A stretch of 64,000 nucleotides of DNA from Candidatus Omnitrophota bacterium (GTDB lineage: Bacteria > Omnitrophota > Gorgyraeia > Zapsychrales > Zapsychraceae): contig JAJDCB010000009.1 of NCBI GenBank assembly GCA_029261065.1, positions 33,625 through 97,624 on the forward strand, in the 5' to 3' direction. How positions within the stretch are numbered: position 1 is the stretch's first letter; the number at the start of each line of letters is the position of its first letter. This document shows positions 40,440-50,501 of the stretch, one piece after another. The position numbers and the translations under genes are program-made. Below the pieces are notes generated by a model, which was not told the DNA's origin, searched no databases, and saw nothing but the letters and a program-made list of their open reading frames with translations.

Positions 40440-43400
40440 TTAACCCAGATGTACATCAATACGTTTTAATTTACCATCACGAATGTCTCCAGAATACGGT
40501 GATGGAATAAATGCGCCTTTAAGGAGAACAGGTTTCTTTTTTTGAGAATACGTTAGCTCTATGTCCTGAACGCTAACCGCAGATTTCCCATAAGTATTCT
40601 TCTTTTTAGGATTGTGATAAACAACAAGAGTTGATCCTAAAAATACAAAAGCATAACAATTCTGATCAATTTTCTCTTTAAAGCACTCCCTTTTAATATC
40701 ATAAAATTCAACTGTTGATTTCTGTGTTGTAAATAGCCAACTCGGTAAAGCCGGCACAAAAGACAGTACAAGCTCTTGATTCGCATTAAGGGAAAATGGA
40801 TTTAAACCCACATTCATCAGCAACCACATGTGCAAAAATTCTGCCGTACTCCCCGATAACCGCGCAACAAACCCTTGTCCATGTAACGAGGCATCTTCGT
40901 GGGCTGAACTAACAATAAAAGAAGAATTCTCCAAAGTACTTCTTCCATAAACAGCTGGATCTAAGGATGAGACTAACACATGTTTAAAGTTATCAAAAAA
41001 CTCCTCGTACAACCCTTGTCTCAGAACTTCCAACATAAACTTATATTCCATGTGAAGCCAGACCGATTCGTTCTCCAACCAACCTGAAGGAAAAATGCGG
41101 CAACGGCCGATTTCATCAGTCTCATTCGCTAAATTCTCGTTAACTTTATACATTTTAAGTTTTTTATCAAACAAGGGGCTACGACGCACTTGACTATATA
41201 ACTCTTTTGCCTCCTTAACATCCTTCGCCACTCTTAAAGCATGCACATAACCTTCTAAAAATAACGGCAGATTATGACGTTTAAATTCCAGTGGACGGAC
41301 AAAGGGCTGCTCTTCATTCTGACTTTTATCTAATTCTTGATATTTCGGAACTTGATGATAAAAGTACGTTGATAAAAATCCTTCTTTCGTAAAACCAGCA
41401 TCAATAGAGGTATTAATTTTCTCGATAACACCAATTAAAAACGTCTTAATCGCAGCAACCGTCATTTGCTCCTCGACTCCATCAACACCTAAACGAATCC
41501 GATTACGATAATGCTCTTTAATATCATTCGATTTTTGCCAGTAAGCTTTAGGATCCTGTTTTAAAGAAAGTAATGGACTTAAACCTGTGACAAACGTATA
41601 CAGCTCTTCAAACAAAGAAAACTGATGATTATCGGCCAATCCAAGTTGTTTTAAAGACTCTAATAAAAACTGACTATACCTTTTGATTTCAATTGTCTCA
41701 GAAATTGAAGATCCTAGAAGGCCAGGCAAGCCATTTAAAGAATCATACCAATTGGGTTTATCCGCCTCCATCTCCACCCCAACACCGCTTGGATCGAGAG
41801 ATGCGACTTTATTAGCAATAAGACATAACAACTTACAAACTAAATGCGTGTAATAAACCCCACCTTCTCCATTTTTAACCTTGAGACGATTTCCCTTTAA
41901 TTTCGCACCAATGGCCATCGTTCCGTCTTTAACAGATTCATATTGCCTCACTCCACGCTCAGTTAAAATATAACGCTGATCGCGAGGTAACACATAATGA
42001 TCGTTATGATAAAAATAAAACTCTTCCTTCTCCATTAATAAATGCCGTAACTTCTCGGGATAAAGAGCTAGATAACTTTCTAATAAATCCAGATTATACG
42101 TCCAATGATCAGACCAAAATCCCTCCCCATGATTTGAGAGTTCTTGTTTCTTAGAACCTTGTAAAACACGTGATAAAAATTCTTGCTGTGTTACTTTTAG
42201 GGAAATCGATTCCTGCGCAATAAAGGTGAGCAGCTCTCCGGGAAGAAACGCTTCTTCTAAGATATTTGTTAACTTCTTATGATCTGATTTTTCAACACAT
42301 TGATTGAGCACGGTCTTTACGTATTTTTGATCTTGAATCTTAAAAGAAACCCCTTGAACAACTAATGGATTATAACCATCAGCTTGAGACAAATTTAAAA
42401 AGGTCATAATATGACTATCACCAACCAATGGGTTAAACCAAGCATCGTTGCGTCGATTTTGATTCACATCACGATAATTTCCATTACCTTGGGAGTAATA
42501 ACTGGCCGCGACATAAAAATAATTATAATCGCGTTCCAAATCCCCATGCTTTCGACTATAGACATTAAAGGCCACATCGCCCTGTTTCGTTCCTATCGTG
42601 ACAGGAAGCCCACCTCTTAAAATATTATCCAAAAATGTCGATGAACAATATTTATCAAAGGTATCCAAAGAACTCTTTGTTAAGCAATAATTTTTAACCT
42701 CATCAATAATCCCTTTGTTGACCTTACTTTTTCTGTCTATATAATTCTTTTGAGTCGCCTGCTTAACCATATCATTGAGGGCATCAACGTCATGAGCGTA
42801 ACCTAACATCGATACGACTTCCTTCGTTGCTTTAGGCTTTAATGTTGCCTTAAAATAGGACATCGCAGAAGGGGAACGATTGCTCGTTTGTTGCACTTTT
42901 GGAAGAGAAAATGATTTTTCTATAAACTGTTGAGGACAGACAAAGTCTTGAGCTGCACCAAAAACGCAAGCATTCTCAACTATTGGTTCGAGCAGTTTAT
43001 TTTTTCCGCCTTGAGGATCAAAACTAAAATAAAAATTTCCCTCCTCAATAGGTGTCACCTCGGGCTTATCCGAGACCTCTACATTGAGTTGGTAATAAGC
43101 TGCCTTTTTCTTTAAATTGCGCACTTTAACCCACGCCTCAACGGTGCGTGAAATATTCTTATTTAAAGCATCCGTTAATCCGTAAGGTACAATGACAGGC
43201 AACCCATCTATCACTTCAATATCTTTGGCTTGTTTGCCCACGTTTATAATACTAACTCGTCGAATAAGTGCTGCGAAAGGTTCTTCAGCCAACGTAAAAT
43301 AATTAACGCGAACAATTATTCCCAGATCTAAATTTTCTTCCTCAAGCGTTAAATCATGCGCACTCATCGAAAGCTTTACTTTCTTTTTATAGTCTGTTCC

Positions 43401-43712
43401 CTCTAGATGATTTTGGAAAGGTTCATAGTAACGTGTTTTTGGCCCTATCTTTACTTTGATAAACGTGCGAAATCCTTGAAGAGCGGTTTGCCGATAAGCC
43501 TTATTCGCCGGCTGAAACTCCATGATGGCTTTATCCTTGGCCTCAATACCAAAGCTTGTCACACACTGACCTCGATTAACATAGAATACCCACATCGGAA
43601 TACCCCACAGGCCAGCTATCCCTGGAAAAAAATTGCTAAATAGTTTAGCTTGATTATAGTTCTCTATATTAAAACACCCGTTTTCATCTAAAGTATATTT
43701 TGGATTATTCAT
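40440..43712 (-). CDS. Large cytoplasmic protein, probable (alpha/alpha)6-barrel glycoside phosphorylase/hydrolase-like enzyme (GH94/GH65-like; tentative)
   Basis: 1090 aa with no signal peptide. The N-terminal region resembles the N-domains of GH94 phosphorylases (short conserved aromatic-rich segment PMWVFYVNRGQ). The mid-region motif GNGNYRDVNQNRRND resembles the catalytic RD..QD region of GH94-type enzymes. This assignment is made by eye only. Confidence 0.35.
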   Translation of the reverse strand: MNNPKYTLDENGCFNIENYNQAKLFSNFFPGIAGLWGIPMWVFYVNRGQCVTSFGIEAKDKAIMEFQPANKAYRQTALQGFRTFIKVKIGPKTRYYEPFQNHLEGTDYKKKVKLSMSAHDLTLEEENLDLGIIVRVNYFTLAEEPFAALIRRVSIINVGKQAKDIEVIDGLPVIVPYGLTDALNKNISRTVEAWVKVRNLKKKAAYYQLNVEVSDKPEVTPIEEGNFYFSFDPQGGKNKLLEPIVENACVFGAAQDFVCPQQFIEKSFSLPKVQQTSNRSPSAMSYFKATLKPKATKEVVSMLGYAHDVDALNDMVKQATQKNYIDRKSKVNKGIIDEVKNYCLTKSSLDTFDKYCSSTFLDNILRGGLPVTIGTKQGDVAFNVYSRKHGDLERDYNYFYVAASYYSQGNGNYRDVNQNRRNDAWFNPLVGDSHIMTFLNLSQADGYNPLVVQGVSFKIQDQKYVKTVLNQCVEKSDHKKLTNILEEAFLPGELLTFIAQESISLKVTQQEFLSRVLQGSKKQELSNHGEGFWSDHWTYNLDLLESYLALYPEKLRHLLMEKEEFYFYHNDHYVLPRDQRYILTERGVRQYESVKDGTMAIGAKLKGNRLKVKNGEGGVYYTHLVCKLLCLIANKVASLDPSGVGVEMEADKPNWYDSLNGLPGLLGSSISETIEIKRYSQFLLESLKQLGLADNHQFSLFEELYTFVTGLSPLLSLKQDPKAYWQKSNDIKEHYRNRIRLGVDGVEEQMTVAAIKTFLIGVIEKINTSIDAGFTKEGFLSTYFYHQVPKYQELDKSQNEEQPFVRPLEFKRHNLPLFLEGYVHALRVAKDVKEAKELYSQVRRSPLFDKKLKMYKVNENLANETDEIGRCRIFPSGWLENESVWLHMEYKFMLEVLRQGLYEEFFDNFKHVLVSSLDPAVYGRSTLENSSFIVSSAHEDASLHGQGFVARLSGSTAEFLHMWLLMNVGLNPFSLNANQELVLSFVPALPSWLFTTQKSTVEFYDIKRECFKEKIDQNCYAFVFLGSTLVVYHNPKKKNTYGKSAVSVQDIELTYSQKKKPVLLKGAFIPSPYSGDIRDGKLKRIDVHLG

Positions 43713-43756
43713 GTTATTTTATCAGTTTGCAACAAAATCTCTTTTTTTGTTGATTA

Positions 43757-44539
43757 TTAATAAGGATTTTTGGCCTTTCGAAAAAGATTGTAATACCCAG
43801 ATAATTTCATTAAAAGGATATCAGCCCTATTATCTTTGTCGCTAAAGCGCACCCGATTGATTTCAAAGACATCTTTATTTTCACGATCAAACCCTCTATT
43901 AGTCGCCAAAGCCGATTCATAACCTGCCTTTTTAACAATTTCTTTAATCTCGTCACTAAAGCCCCCAACAGGATAAGCAAAATGCTTTATCTCAACCCCC
44001 AGCTTCTTCTCTAAGACATGCTTACTTTCTATGATTTCATACCGTTGCAAATCAACTGACGCATCCGGTAAATATACATGTGTTCGTGAATGGCTTCCAA
44101 AAGAAATTCCTCCAGCCATCATCTCTTTAATCTGTTTTAGAGATAGATGTCCATCCATATCAACAAAATCTGAAGGAATAAAAATGGTGGCGGGGAATTG
44201 ATATTTTTTTAGGATTGGCCATGCGTAGGTGTAATTATTTTCATACCCATCATCAAAGGTGAGGACAACCGTTCTTTTTCCCAAGGGTCTATTCTCTTTG
44301 ATCGCTTGAATCAAAGCATCTAAGGTAATAACTTGATAGCCTTTTTCATGTAGAAAAGCCATTTGATTTTCAAAATTTTCTGGGGTAGTTGTATTCGCTT
44401 TTTGTTGTTCGGTAGGTTCAACATGATGATACATAACGACGGGGACGACATAATTATACGATACCCAAAGTGTAAAAAAACTCACTAGGATAACGATGAG
44501 AACAAAGGTTATGGCAAAAAATTTCTTTATAGCGTGCAT
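43757..44539 (-). CDS. Polysaccharide deacetylase (NodB homology domain), membrane-anchored
   Basis: 260 aa. It has an N-terminal TM and the motifs VVLTFDDGYENN ... SHSRTHV ... YPVGG, the NodB motif series. Confidence 0.8.
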   Translation of the reverse strand: MHAIKKFFAITFVLIVILVSFFTLWVSYNYVVPVVMYHHVEPTEQQKANTTTPENFENQMAFLHEKGYQVITLDALIQAIKENRPLGKRTVVLTFDDGYENNYTYAWPILKKYQFPATIFIPSDFVDMDGHLSLKQIKEMMAGGISFGSHSRTHVYLPDASVDLQRYEIIESKHVLEKKLGVEIKHFAYPVGGFSDEIKEIVKKAGYESALATNRGFDRENKDVFEINRVRFSDKDNRADILLMKLSGYYNLFRKAKNPY

Positions 44540-44540
44540 A

Positions 44541-44990
44541 TTAAAGGCTCGATAAATTTTTCTTAACTAATTGACTGACAAGCTTGTTATCTGCTTTACC
44601 ATCCACCTTAGGTAAAAGCGCCTTCATTACAAGCCCCATATCTTTCATGGAACTGGCCTTTGACTCTTGAATGGCCTCTTCAACTAACTTTTGAACCTCA
44701 GCTTCTGCCATTTCCTCTGGCAAATACCCTTTAAGCAAATCCATCTCACCTTGTTCTTTACTAGCTAATTCTTCACGGCCGCCCTTTTTATACATCTCAA
44801 TAGAATCTTGCCTTTGTTTGATCTGCTTTTTTATGATCGCGACAACGTCTTTATCTTCAAGAGAATCCGCTTTTAATTCAATAATCTTATTCTTCAATTG
44901 GGCTCGTAAAAAATTCAACGTTGTAGAAACATCCTTTTTTCGTGCTTTCATCGCTGCAATATAATCCGTATTTATTTGCTTCTCTAACAT
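44541..44990 (-). CDS. yqeY: GatB/YqeY domain protein
   Basis: 149 aa. It reads ...YIAAMKARKKDVSTTLNFLRAQLKN... and ...GKADNKLVSQLVKK..., typical of YqeY. Confidence 0.75.
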   Translation of the reverse strand: MLEKQINTDYIAAMKARKKDVSTTLNFLRAQLKNKIIELKADSLEDKDVVAIIKKQIKQRQDSIEMYKKGGREELASKEQGEMDLLKGYLPEEMAEAEVQKLVEEAIQESKASSMKDMGLVMKALLPKVDGKADNKLVSQLVKKNLSSL

Positions 44991-45084
44991 AAGCCCTCCT
45001 AATGGGTTTCGACAATTCCTGCTAAGCAGAATTTAACTCTTTCTCTAATTGAGTCGATATTCTACTAGATATTGATTAAAATTT

Positions 45085-45318
45085 CTAGTCTTTTCCTTCT
45101 TGGATCAAAATTTTCTTCTCTCGCGATTTATGCCCCGAAATGATCTGAATTTGGCGCTTTTTTGCTCCTAAGTACTTTGCTAGCAACTGAATAACAGCCT
45201 CATTAGCGCTGCCATCAATTGCCGGTTTACAGACATAAACCTTTAATTGGTTCTTCTCTTCCTTAATATGCGCTTTTTTGGCATTCGGGACGACTTTAAT
45301 ATTCAGCTCACAACTCAT
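45085..45318 (-). CDS. yggU: DUF167/YggU family protein
   Basis: 77 aa. It reads LNIKVVPNAKKAHI...VCKPAIDGSANEAVIQLLAKYLG, the YggU signature. Confidence 0.75.
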   Translation of the reverse strand: MSCELNIKVVPNAKKAHIKEEKNQLKVYVCKPAIDGSANEAVIQLLAKYLGAKKRQIQIISGHKSREKKILIQEGKD

Positions 45319-45344
45319 TTACATTATCCTAATTTCATAAAGTT

Positions 45345-45436
45345 CCTGTAATCTAGTAATCTGAGCTATCCCGCGCGAGTTACGAGCAAAGCGAGTATGT
45401 CTGAGCTCGGGATAGCTCAGATTACTAGATTACAGG
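45345..45436. repeat. Perfect 29-bp inverted repeat with 34-nt spacer (92-nt hairpin-capable element) in the ygjP-yggU intergenic region
   Basis: The left arm at 45345-45373 is CCTGTAATCTAGTAATCTGAGCTATCCCG. The right arm at 45408-45436 is its exact reverse complement CGGGATAGCTCAGATTACTAGATTACAGG. No flanking direct repeat (TSD) is evident. Confidence 0.9.
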
Positions 45437-45455
45437 ACGAGCTTCCCTATTATAG

Positions 45456-46226
45456 TTAAGGCAACACCATATCGTAATGATGTTTCTTCAGCCATGCTTT
45501 GGCATCCAAATATTGTGGATAAAATTTTTTCACTTGATTCCAAAAACGTTTGGAATGATTCGGCACAATTAAATGGCATAATTCATGAACGACCACATAA
45601 TCAATGACCTCCATGGGTGCTAAAATAATTTGCCAATTAAGATGAATGGTCTGTGTATTATAGTCACAATTGCCCCATATTCTTTTATGCGCACGAATAG
45701 CGATTGTCTTTGGGGTGACATTAATAATACGAGCATAATAAAAAAGCCTTCCTCCTAAAACTTCTTGCGCTTGCTGACGATACCATTGAATCATTTTGGC
45801 TTTAGTCAGCTGCTTTATTTTTTCTTCACTAAGAGATTCGGGTACGCTTACAAGCCACCTTTGTCCATCAAACTCAATTTTCGCTCTCTTAGCGGATGAG
45901 GACCTTACATTAAGAGTGCACTTCTCTCCCATAAACAAAAAATTATTCCCGTCTATAAAGTCTCTTGATTGTAATTGGGATTGAATATCTTTGGCCTGTT
46001 TAACTCGCGTGATAATCCAATGTTCTTTTTCCTTCATAAACATTTGGATCTCTTTCATCTTCGAGCTAAAGGGTACAGAAACGCTTAAATTGGCTTTCTC
46101 ATCAATGGAAATCGTTAAAGTTCTTCGATGAGAAGAACGCTTTAATAAAAATTCAAGGTCTCCTTGGGAGGAACGAAAAAAAGATATCTCTTTAGTTATT
46201 TTTTTGGGACGTTTTATTCGAGGCAT
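45456..46226 (-). CDS. YgjP-like metal-dependent hydrolase (DUF45/WLM/SprT-like zinc metallopeptidase)
   Basis: 256 aa. The C-terminal region reads VVVHELCHLIVPNHSKRFW (HExxH zinc site), the typical YgjP family end. Confidence 0.75.
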   Translation of the reverse strand: MPRIKRPKKITKEISFFRSSQGDLEFLLKRSSHRRTLTISIDEKANLSVSVPFSSKMKEIQMFMKEKEHWIITRVKQAKDIQSQLQSRDFIDGNNFLFMGEKCTLNVRSSSAKRAKIEFDGQRWLVSVPESLSEEKIKQLTKAKMIQWYRQQAQEVLGGRLFYYARIINVTPKTIAIRAHKRIWGNCDYNTQTIHLNWQIILAPMEVIDYVVVHELCHLIVPNHSKRFWNQVKKFYPQYLDAKAWLKKHHYDMVLP

Positions 46227-46270
46227 AACGCAGATGATACTTCGTTCATGGAAGAAAATGCGGAATGGAT

Positions 46271-47458
46271 TTAATCTATGATTTCTACATCAATTGTAAC
46301 ATTTCGTGGCTTGGCAATATCCGTTTGAGGCTTTACTTCTGATTCCTGAGGAACTCCTGCATCATATTTGGCTTGATTAACTTTGATCTCGACGCCATTT
46401 TTTACTAAATAACCATTATTGCCTAAAACAAGACGAATACGATCCAACTCTTTTAAGGCTGACTTTCTGGCCTGTTGAGCTTCTTTTTTAAAATGCTTAA
46501 TTTTTGTTTTAACCGTTCTCATCCGACCTTCATACAAATTCATTAAAACTTTAGCTTCTTCAGTGTTTTTAACATCACCCGCATAAAACCTCATCTGATC
46601 TTGCAAAACAGAAATTTCTAAATTCAGCTCCTTATTTTTTTGTTGAAGCAAAGATATGGTTTGCTCTAGTTCCATGCGTGTTTCAGATATTTGATGCTCA
46701 TTAAGATTTTTGACTGTTTCTAGATCATTAACCAATGATGTATTCCCAGATTTTGCTTGCGCTAACATCTGTTCTGTTTCAGCTAAAATAGACTTCGTAG
46801 ATTCTAATTCTTCATTCAAAGAAACCAACATACTTTCGCTTTCATTATAAAGCTGCTTTGTACTTTCTAATTCGCTTGTCAAATTAGTTACCATCAACTC
46901 ACTCGCATAATAACGATGGGAATAACTCATTGTTAAGGCGGCCTGTTGATCGGAAACGGCAAACAATTTATGATTGGCCAAATTAATATTCTTATACGTA
47001 TCCTGCCCCGTCCAAGTCATCCAAGCAGCAAGCATGGCTGCTGCAAAAATCAAAAGAACGCCTAAAAGGGCGGTAAGCTTTTTCTTATTACTAAAACTTA
47101 ATAATCCTTTTTGAATCCGTTGTCTAAGCTTAGCTGATATGTATTCGGAAGGTTCTACAAACTTAACACCACAGAGATTGCGTTGTTGAAAAACGCCCTG
47201 TTTTCTTTGCCAGACTAATCGAGCTGTTTGAGGAATAAAATTGCGAGGACCTAAATCGGTATCAAAAGATAAAACACACTTATTGGTTTGATCAAGGGCT
47301 TCATCTATCTCTAGAAGCATCCCTGATGTGCTGATATTACGAACTCTAGCCCTTCCCGATTTCGACGTCTGAGGAATTCGCCAGGCAATACGCTTATTTT
47401 CATTTATGCGTAAGTTTTCTCGCGTATCGCTAAAGACCCTATTCGTTGTTGTCACCAT
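46271..47458 (-). CDS. Membrane-anchored PilZ-domain protein with long coiled-coil region
   Basis: 395 aa. The N-terminal ~120 aa contain KRIAWRIP...RARVRNISTSGMLLEI, consistent with the PilZ RxxxR ... (D/N)xSxxG c-di-GMP-binding motifs. A TM follows (LTALLGVLLIFAAAMLAAWMTW), then ~200 aa of heptad-like coiled coil. Confidence 0.6.
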   Translation of the reverse strand: MVTTTNRVFSDTRENLRINENKRIAWRIPQTSKSGRARVRNISTSGMLLEIDEALDQTNKCVLSFDTDLGPRNFIPQTARLVWQRKQGVFQQRNLCGVKFVEPSEYISAKLRQRIQKGLLSFSNKKKLTALLGVLLIFAAAMLAAWMTWTGQDTYKNINLANHKLFAVSDQQAALTMSYSHRYYASELMVTNLTSELESTKQLYNESESMLVSLNEELESTKSILAETEQMLAQAKSGNTSLVNDLETVKNLNEHQISETRMELEQTISLLQQKNKELNLEISVLQDQMRFYAGDVKNTEEAKVLMNLYEGRMRTVKTKIKHFKKEAQQARKSALKELDRIRLVLGNNGYLVKNGVEIKVNQAKYDAGVPQESEVKPQTDIAKPRNVTIDVEIID

Positions 47459-47614
47459 TTTTGGAAGCTCCAGTTCTACCTAATTGACGTAACAACCTTT
47501 AAAACAACACACATCTAAACTTTCAAACCTTAAAAGCCATTATAAAGACAATTTAAAATCAAGACAAGGGAATTTATTGTTATTTTATTTTTCTAATATT
47601 CTAAATTCTTTGTC

Positions 47615-48313
47615 CTAAAATAATCGTAAACGTACAGCACGAAATTCTTTCAGAATCAAATCTTCTTTAGACTTAGACATTTGCAAAATATTAACTAAAT
47701 GAGCCGCCTCAATCTTCCCTTCATTAAGACCCTTTAAAATCATCGTATTTTTCTCAGAGACATGTAACAACAAATTTCTATAAATGACCTTGGATGACAA
47801 AATATGCCGAAGTGTAGTCTCAAAATTAAGGCGTTGAGAGGATTGAAGCTCTGTTAAGGACAATCCCTCCTCTCCTAACTTTCCATACAAAACCCCTAAA
47901 TTATATCTATACCAAAAAACCTCTGGCTTTCGCCTAACAGCCTCCTTTAACAAAACGATAGCCTTATCATAGTCGCCTACTTGATAGTAACAAAACCCCA
48001 ATAAGGCATAACTTTCAGAAATATGAGGGAAAAATTCAATAACAGCTTGATAATAGCGCAAATATTCCTTCATTCGCTCAACCTCAACAGATGACGGGTC
48101 ATTTGAGATCTCTAAAAGATAATCAAAAGATGATGGCACAATCATGTTGAGTTTTCTTACCTTAAAACCATCTTGAAACTTCTTATAATCAACAACACCA
48201 CCAGAGACCAAATAAAGGAATGCATAAAAGACAAACGCCCTTCTTGAAAAACTTCGTAAAATAGTCCAAAACTTATAAGAGTCTTCATTATGTGTTTGAG
48301 TGTGATCAGCCAA
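47615..48313 (-). CDS. Membrane-anchored TPR-repeat protein
   Basis: 232 aa. It has an N-terminal TM (FVFYAFLYLVSGG) and the TPR unit ALLGFCYYQVGDYDKAIVLLKEAVRRKPE. Its 3' end overlaps the start of the next gene by 8 nt. Confidence 0.6.
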   Translation of the reverse strand: MADHTQTHNEDSYKFWTILRSFSRRAFVFYAFLYLVSGGVVDYKKFQDGFKVRKLNMIVPSSFDYLLEISNDPSSVEVERMKEYLRYYQAVIEFFPHISESYALLGFCYYQVGDYDKAIVLLKEAVRRKPEVFWYRYNLGVLYGKLGEEGLSLTELQSSQRLNFETTLRHILSSKVIYRNLLLHVSEKNTMILKGLNEGKIEAAHLVNILQMSKSKEDLILKEFRAVRLRLF

Positions 48314-50477
48314 GTTCGGTCCTCTTTCTGCCGCTTAAATAGAAAACACCACCCAAGGTCCCTGCCATGATGAGCATTAGCACAACATTAAAAACCACTC
48401 GTATGGGGGAACCATATACAAATTCAACATTATGCGTGCCCATTGGGACCCAAACTCCTTTAAATGACATATTGGTCTTCCATATAGGTACGTGTTGACC
48501 ATTGATATACGCCGTCCTCCCTTTATGATCATTATCATTAAAAACCAAAAATTTATTTTTAAGCAAATCTGTTTTTAGAGATAAACGATTTCCTGTATAT
48601 TTAGAAACACGAACTTCCCTAGAATCTGTATGAATAATTTGAAATGTCTCGCTAGCATTTTTATCGATAGCCGAAATCACCCCACCTTGCCCCACATCTT
48701 TGATAAAGGCTAAGTTCGTATTCTGCGCCATTGTCTTTGCTAAACGGTTTAGATCGAAGGTCTCTTCCTGAATAATTTCAACATTATCATATAGAATAAT
48801 TTTATACCGCAGATATTCATCAAGAATAAACGGATTAATATTATGGTAAAGCTCTACAAAAGACTTTAAACCTACGTATACCTGATTAGCTCTCTTCTCT
48901 GTTAACTGAGAAACGTAAGTTTGATAATCCTTGGATTTTCTTTCTAAAAAATAATCTACGCGTTCTTTAGAAAGCAGCAAGGGCATATCATCAATAGTAA
49001 ACTCTTTAAATAGAGAATCTCGCGTATGAGAATTTTTATCAAGATGAGCATAGACAATGAGAGGTTGGATACCGATAAGGAGTAAAAGGAAAAAATAAAG
49101 CCATTGATGTTTGATAAGTTTAAACCCAGAAAAAACATTTAAAAAAAACAACACACTTAATCCACAAATCATCCATTCACAAATTCCCGCATGACTTTTA
49201 AATAAAATAACGCCAAAACCAAGATGGGCTAAAAAAACAAGCAAACCATAGATAGGAGGCTTAATTTTTTTCTCTTCAAACTCCTCTAAAATAAGCTTTA
49301 AATGTTCCACGCAAACAAGAACATAAACAGGCAACAATGTTAACCATATAAAAAATTGAAAGTTCCGAAAATATTTAAAAAATAAGATATGTTCGTACAA
49401 AAATTTATAAATGGGTGTGGCATCATAAAGACTGATCCAATAAATAATAACACCCCACAGGGCAAGAAGCATTAAACGAGGGCTCCTTTTAGCTGCAATA
49501 AGCCCTAACAAAAAGAGCAAGTGAACCCAAATAGAGATGTATACTTTTCCCAACAACATCGATTCATAGTTGGTGAATAAATCTTTTAATATATTCTGGG
49601 TAGCAATCCCTCCCACAGCATTAGATTGTAGGCCCACCTCTGCCATATGAGTAGATAAAGCATTATGCGTTCGGACAGGCAAAACTAATTCTGATTGGTA
49701 CCCTTGGACATAAAATAATAATCCGGGAACTATAGCAAGCAATAAAAATAGGACGCACATCAACGAAAACCATTTATTGCGTGCAATAAAACCAAAAAAT
49801 ATATAAAGAGCACGAGGGATACAAGAGAAATAAAACAAAGAAAAACAAAAAATAAAAACAATCAAAGTCGTTAAAAAATAGAAAGGAATGTATGTGATGG
49901 CGATGATCATAAGGCAGATTGTCATCCCTAAAAAAGAACGTTTGTTAGGGGTAGTATAAAAATCTAATAAAAAGAAAAAGAACCATATCGAAGGCGTTAA
50001 TACTAACATCACAAAAGAACCAAACAACGTTGTAGCCAAAGATGAACTCATCAAAAGTAAATAAGCACAAAAAGCCAAATACGTATGAGAAAACAAACGT
50101 TTAGCAATATAATAAAATCCAAACATGCCAAGAAAATAATAACCAGCTAGGAATGTAAAATAAGCGGTATCAAAACTAACACCTATCTTAACAAACAAAA
50201 GGATTAACATATAAAAGGGGTTAACCTCACCTATCCGACGGTAGAAAAATTCTGTAGGTGTTCCAGATAAACGTATTGGATCCCACATGGCAAATATGCC
50301 GTTGGATAAATGATAGATTAAAGTGCGGGTGTGCTCGTAATATGAAATAGCATCCCCAACAAGCGGAGCTTCTGTGGTAAGAAAACTTCTGAAGGCATAG
50401 AGCCAAGCAACAATTGATAAGATAAAGGCAACGACAAGAAAGCCACGTGAGGAAAAATTATTCTGCGGAAGCCCCAA
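48306..50477 (-). CDS. Large polytopic membrane protein, YfhO/GT-C-like topology (putative lipid-linked glycosyltransferase)
   Basis: 723 aa with ~12-14 predicted TM helices in the first ~460 aa. The first extracytoplasmic loop carries an acidic/aromatic motif (GDAISYYEH). A ~230-aa soluble domain follows, then a final C-terminal TM (VVFNVVLMLIMAGTLGGVFYL). This topology is typical of YfhO/GT-C enzymes. Confidence 0.45.
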   Translation of the reverse strand: MGLPQNNFSSRGFLVVAFILSIVAWLYAFRSFLTTEAPLVGDAISYYEHTRTLIYHLSNGIFAMWDPIRLSGTPTEFFYRRIGEVNPFYMLILLFVKIGVSFDTAYFTFLAGYYFLGMFGFYYIAKRLFSHTYLAFCAYLLLMSSSLATTLFGSFVMLVLTPSIWFFFFLLDFYTTPNKRSFLGMTICLMIIAITYIPFYFLTTLIVFIFCFSLFYFSCIPRALYIFFGFIARNKWFSLMCVLFLLLAIVPGLLFYVQGYQSELVLPVRTHNALSTHMAEVGLQSNAVGGIATQNILKDLFTNYESMLLGKVYISIWVHLLFLLGLIAAKRSPRLMLLALWGVIIYWISLYDATPIYKFLYEHILFFKYFRNFQFFIWLTLLPVYVLVCVEHLKLILEEFEEKKIKPPIYGLLVFLAHLGFGVILFKSHAGICEWMICGLSVLFFLNVFSGFKLIKHQWLYFFLLLLIGIQPLIVYAHLDKNSHTRDSLFKEFTIDDMPLLLSKERVDYFLERKSKDYQTYVSQLTEKRANQVYVGLKSFVELYHNINPFILDEYLRYKIILYDNVEIIQEETFDLNRLAKTMAQNTNLAFIKDVGQGGVISAIDKNASETFQIIHTDSREVRVSKYTGNRLSLKTDLLKNKFLVFNDNDHKGRTAYINGQHVPIWKTNMSFKGVWVPMGTHNVEFVYGSPIRVVFNVVLMLIMAGTLGGVFYLSGRKRTELG

Positions 50478-50501
50478 TGTTGGTACCTTTAAGAATACTT
50501 T

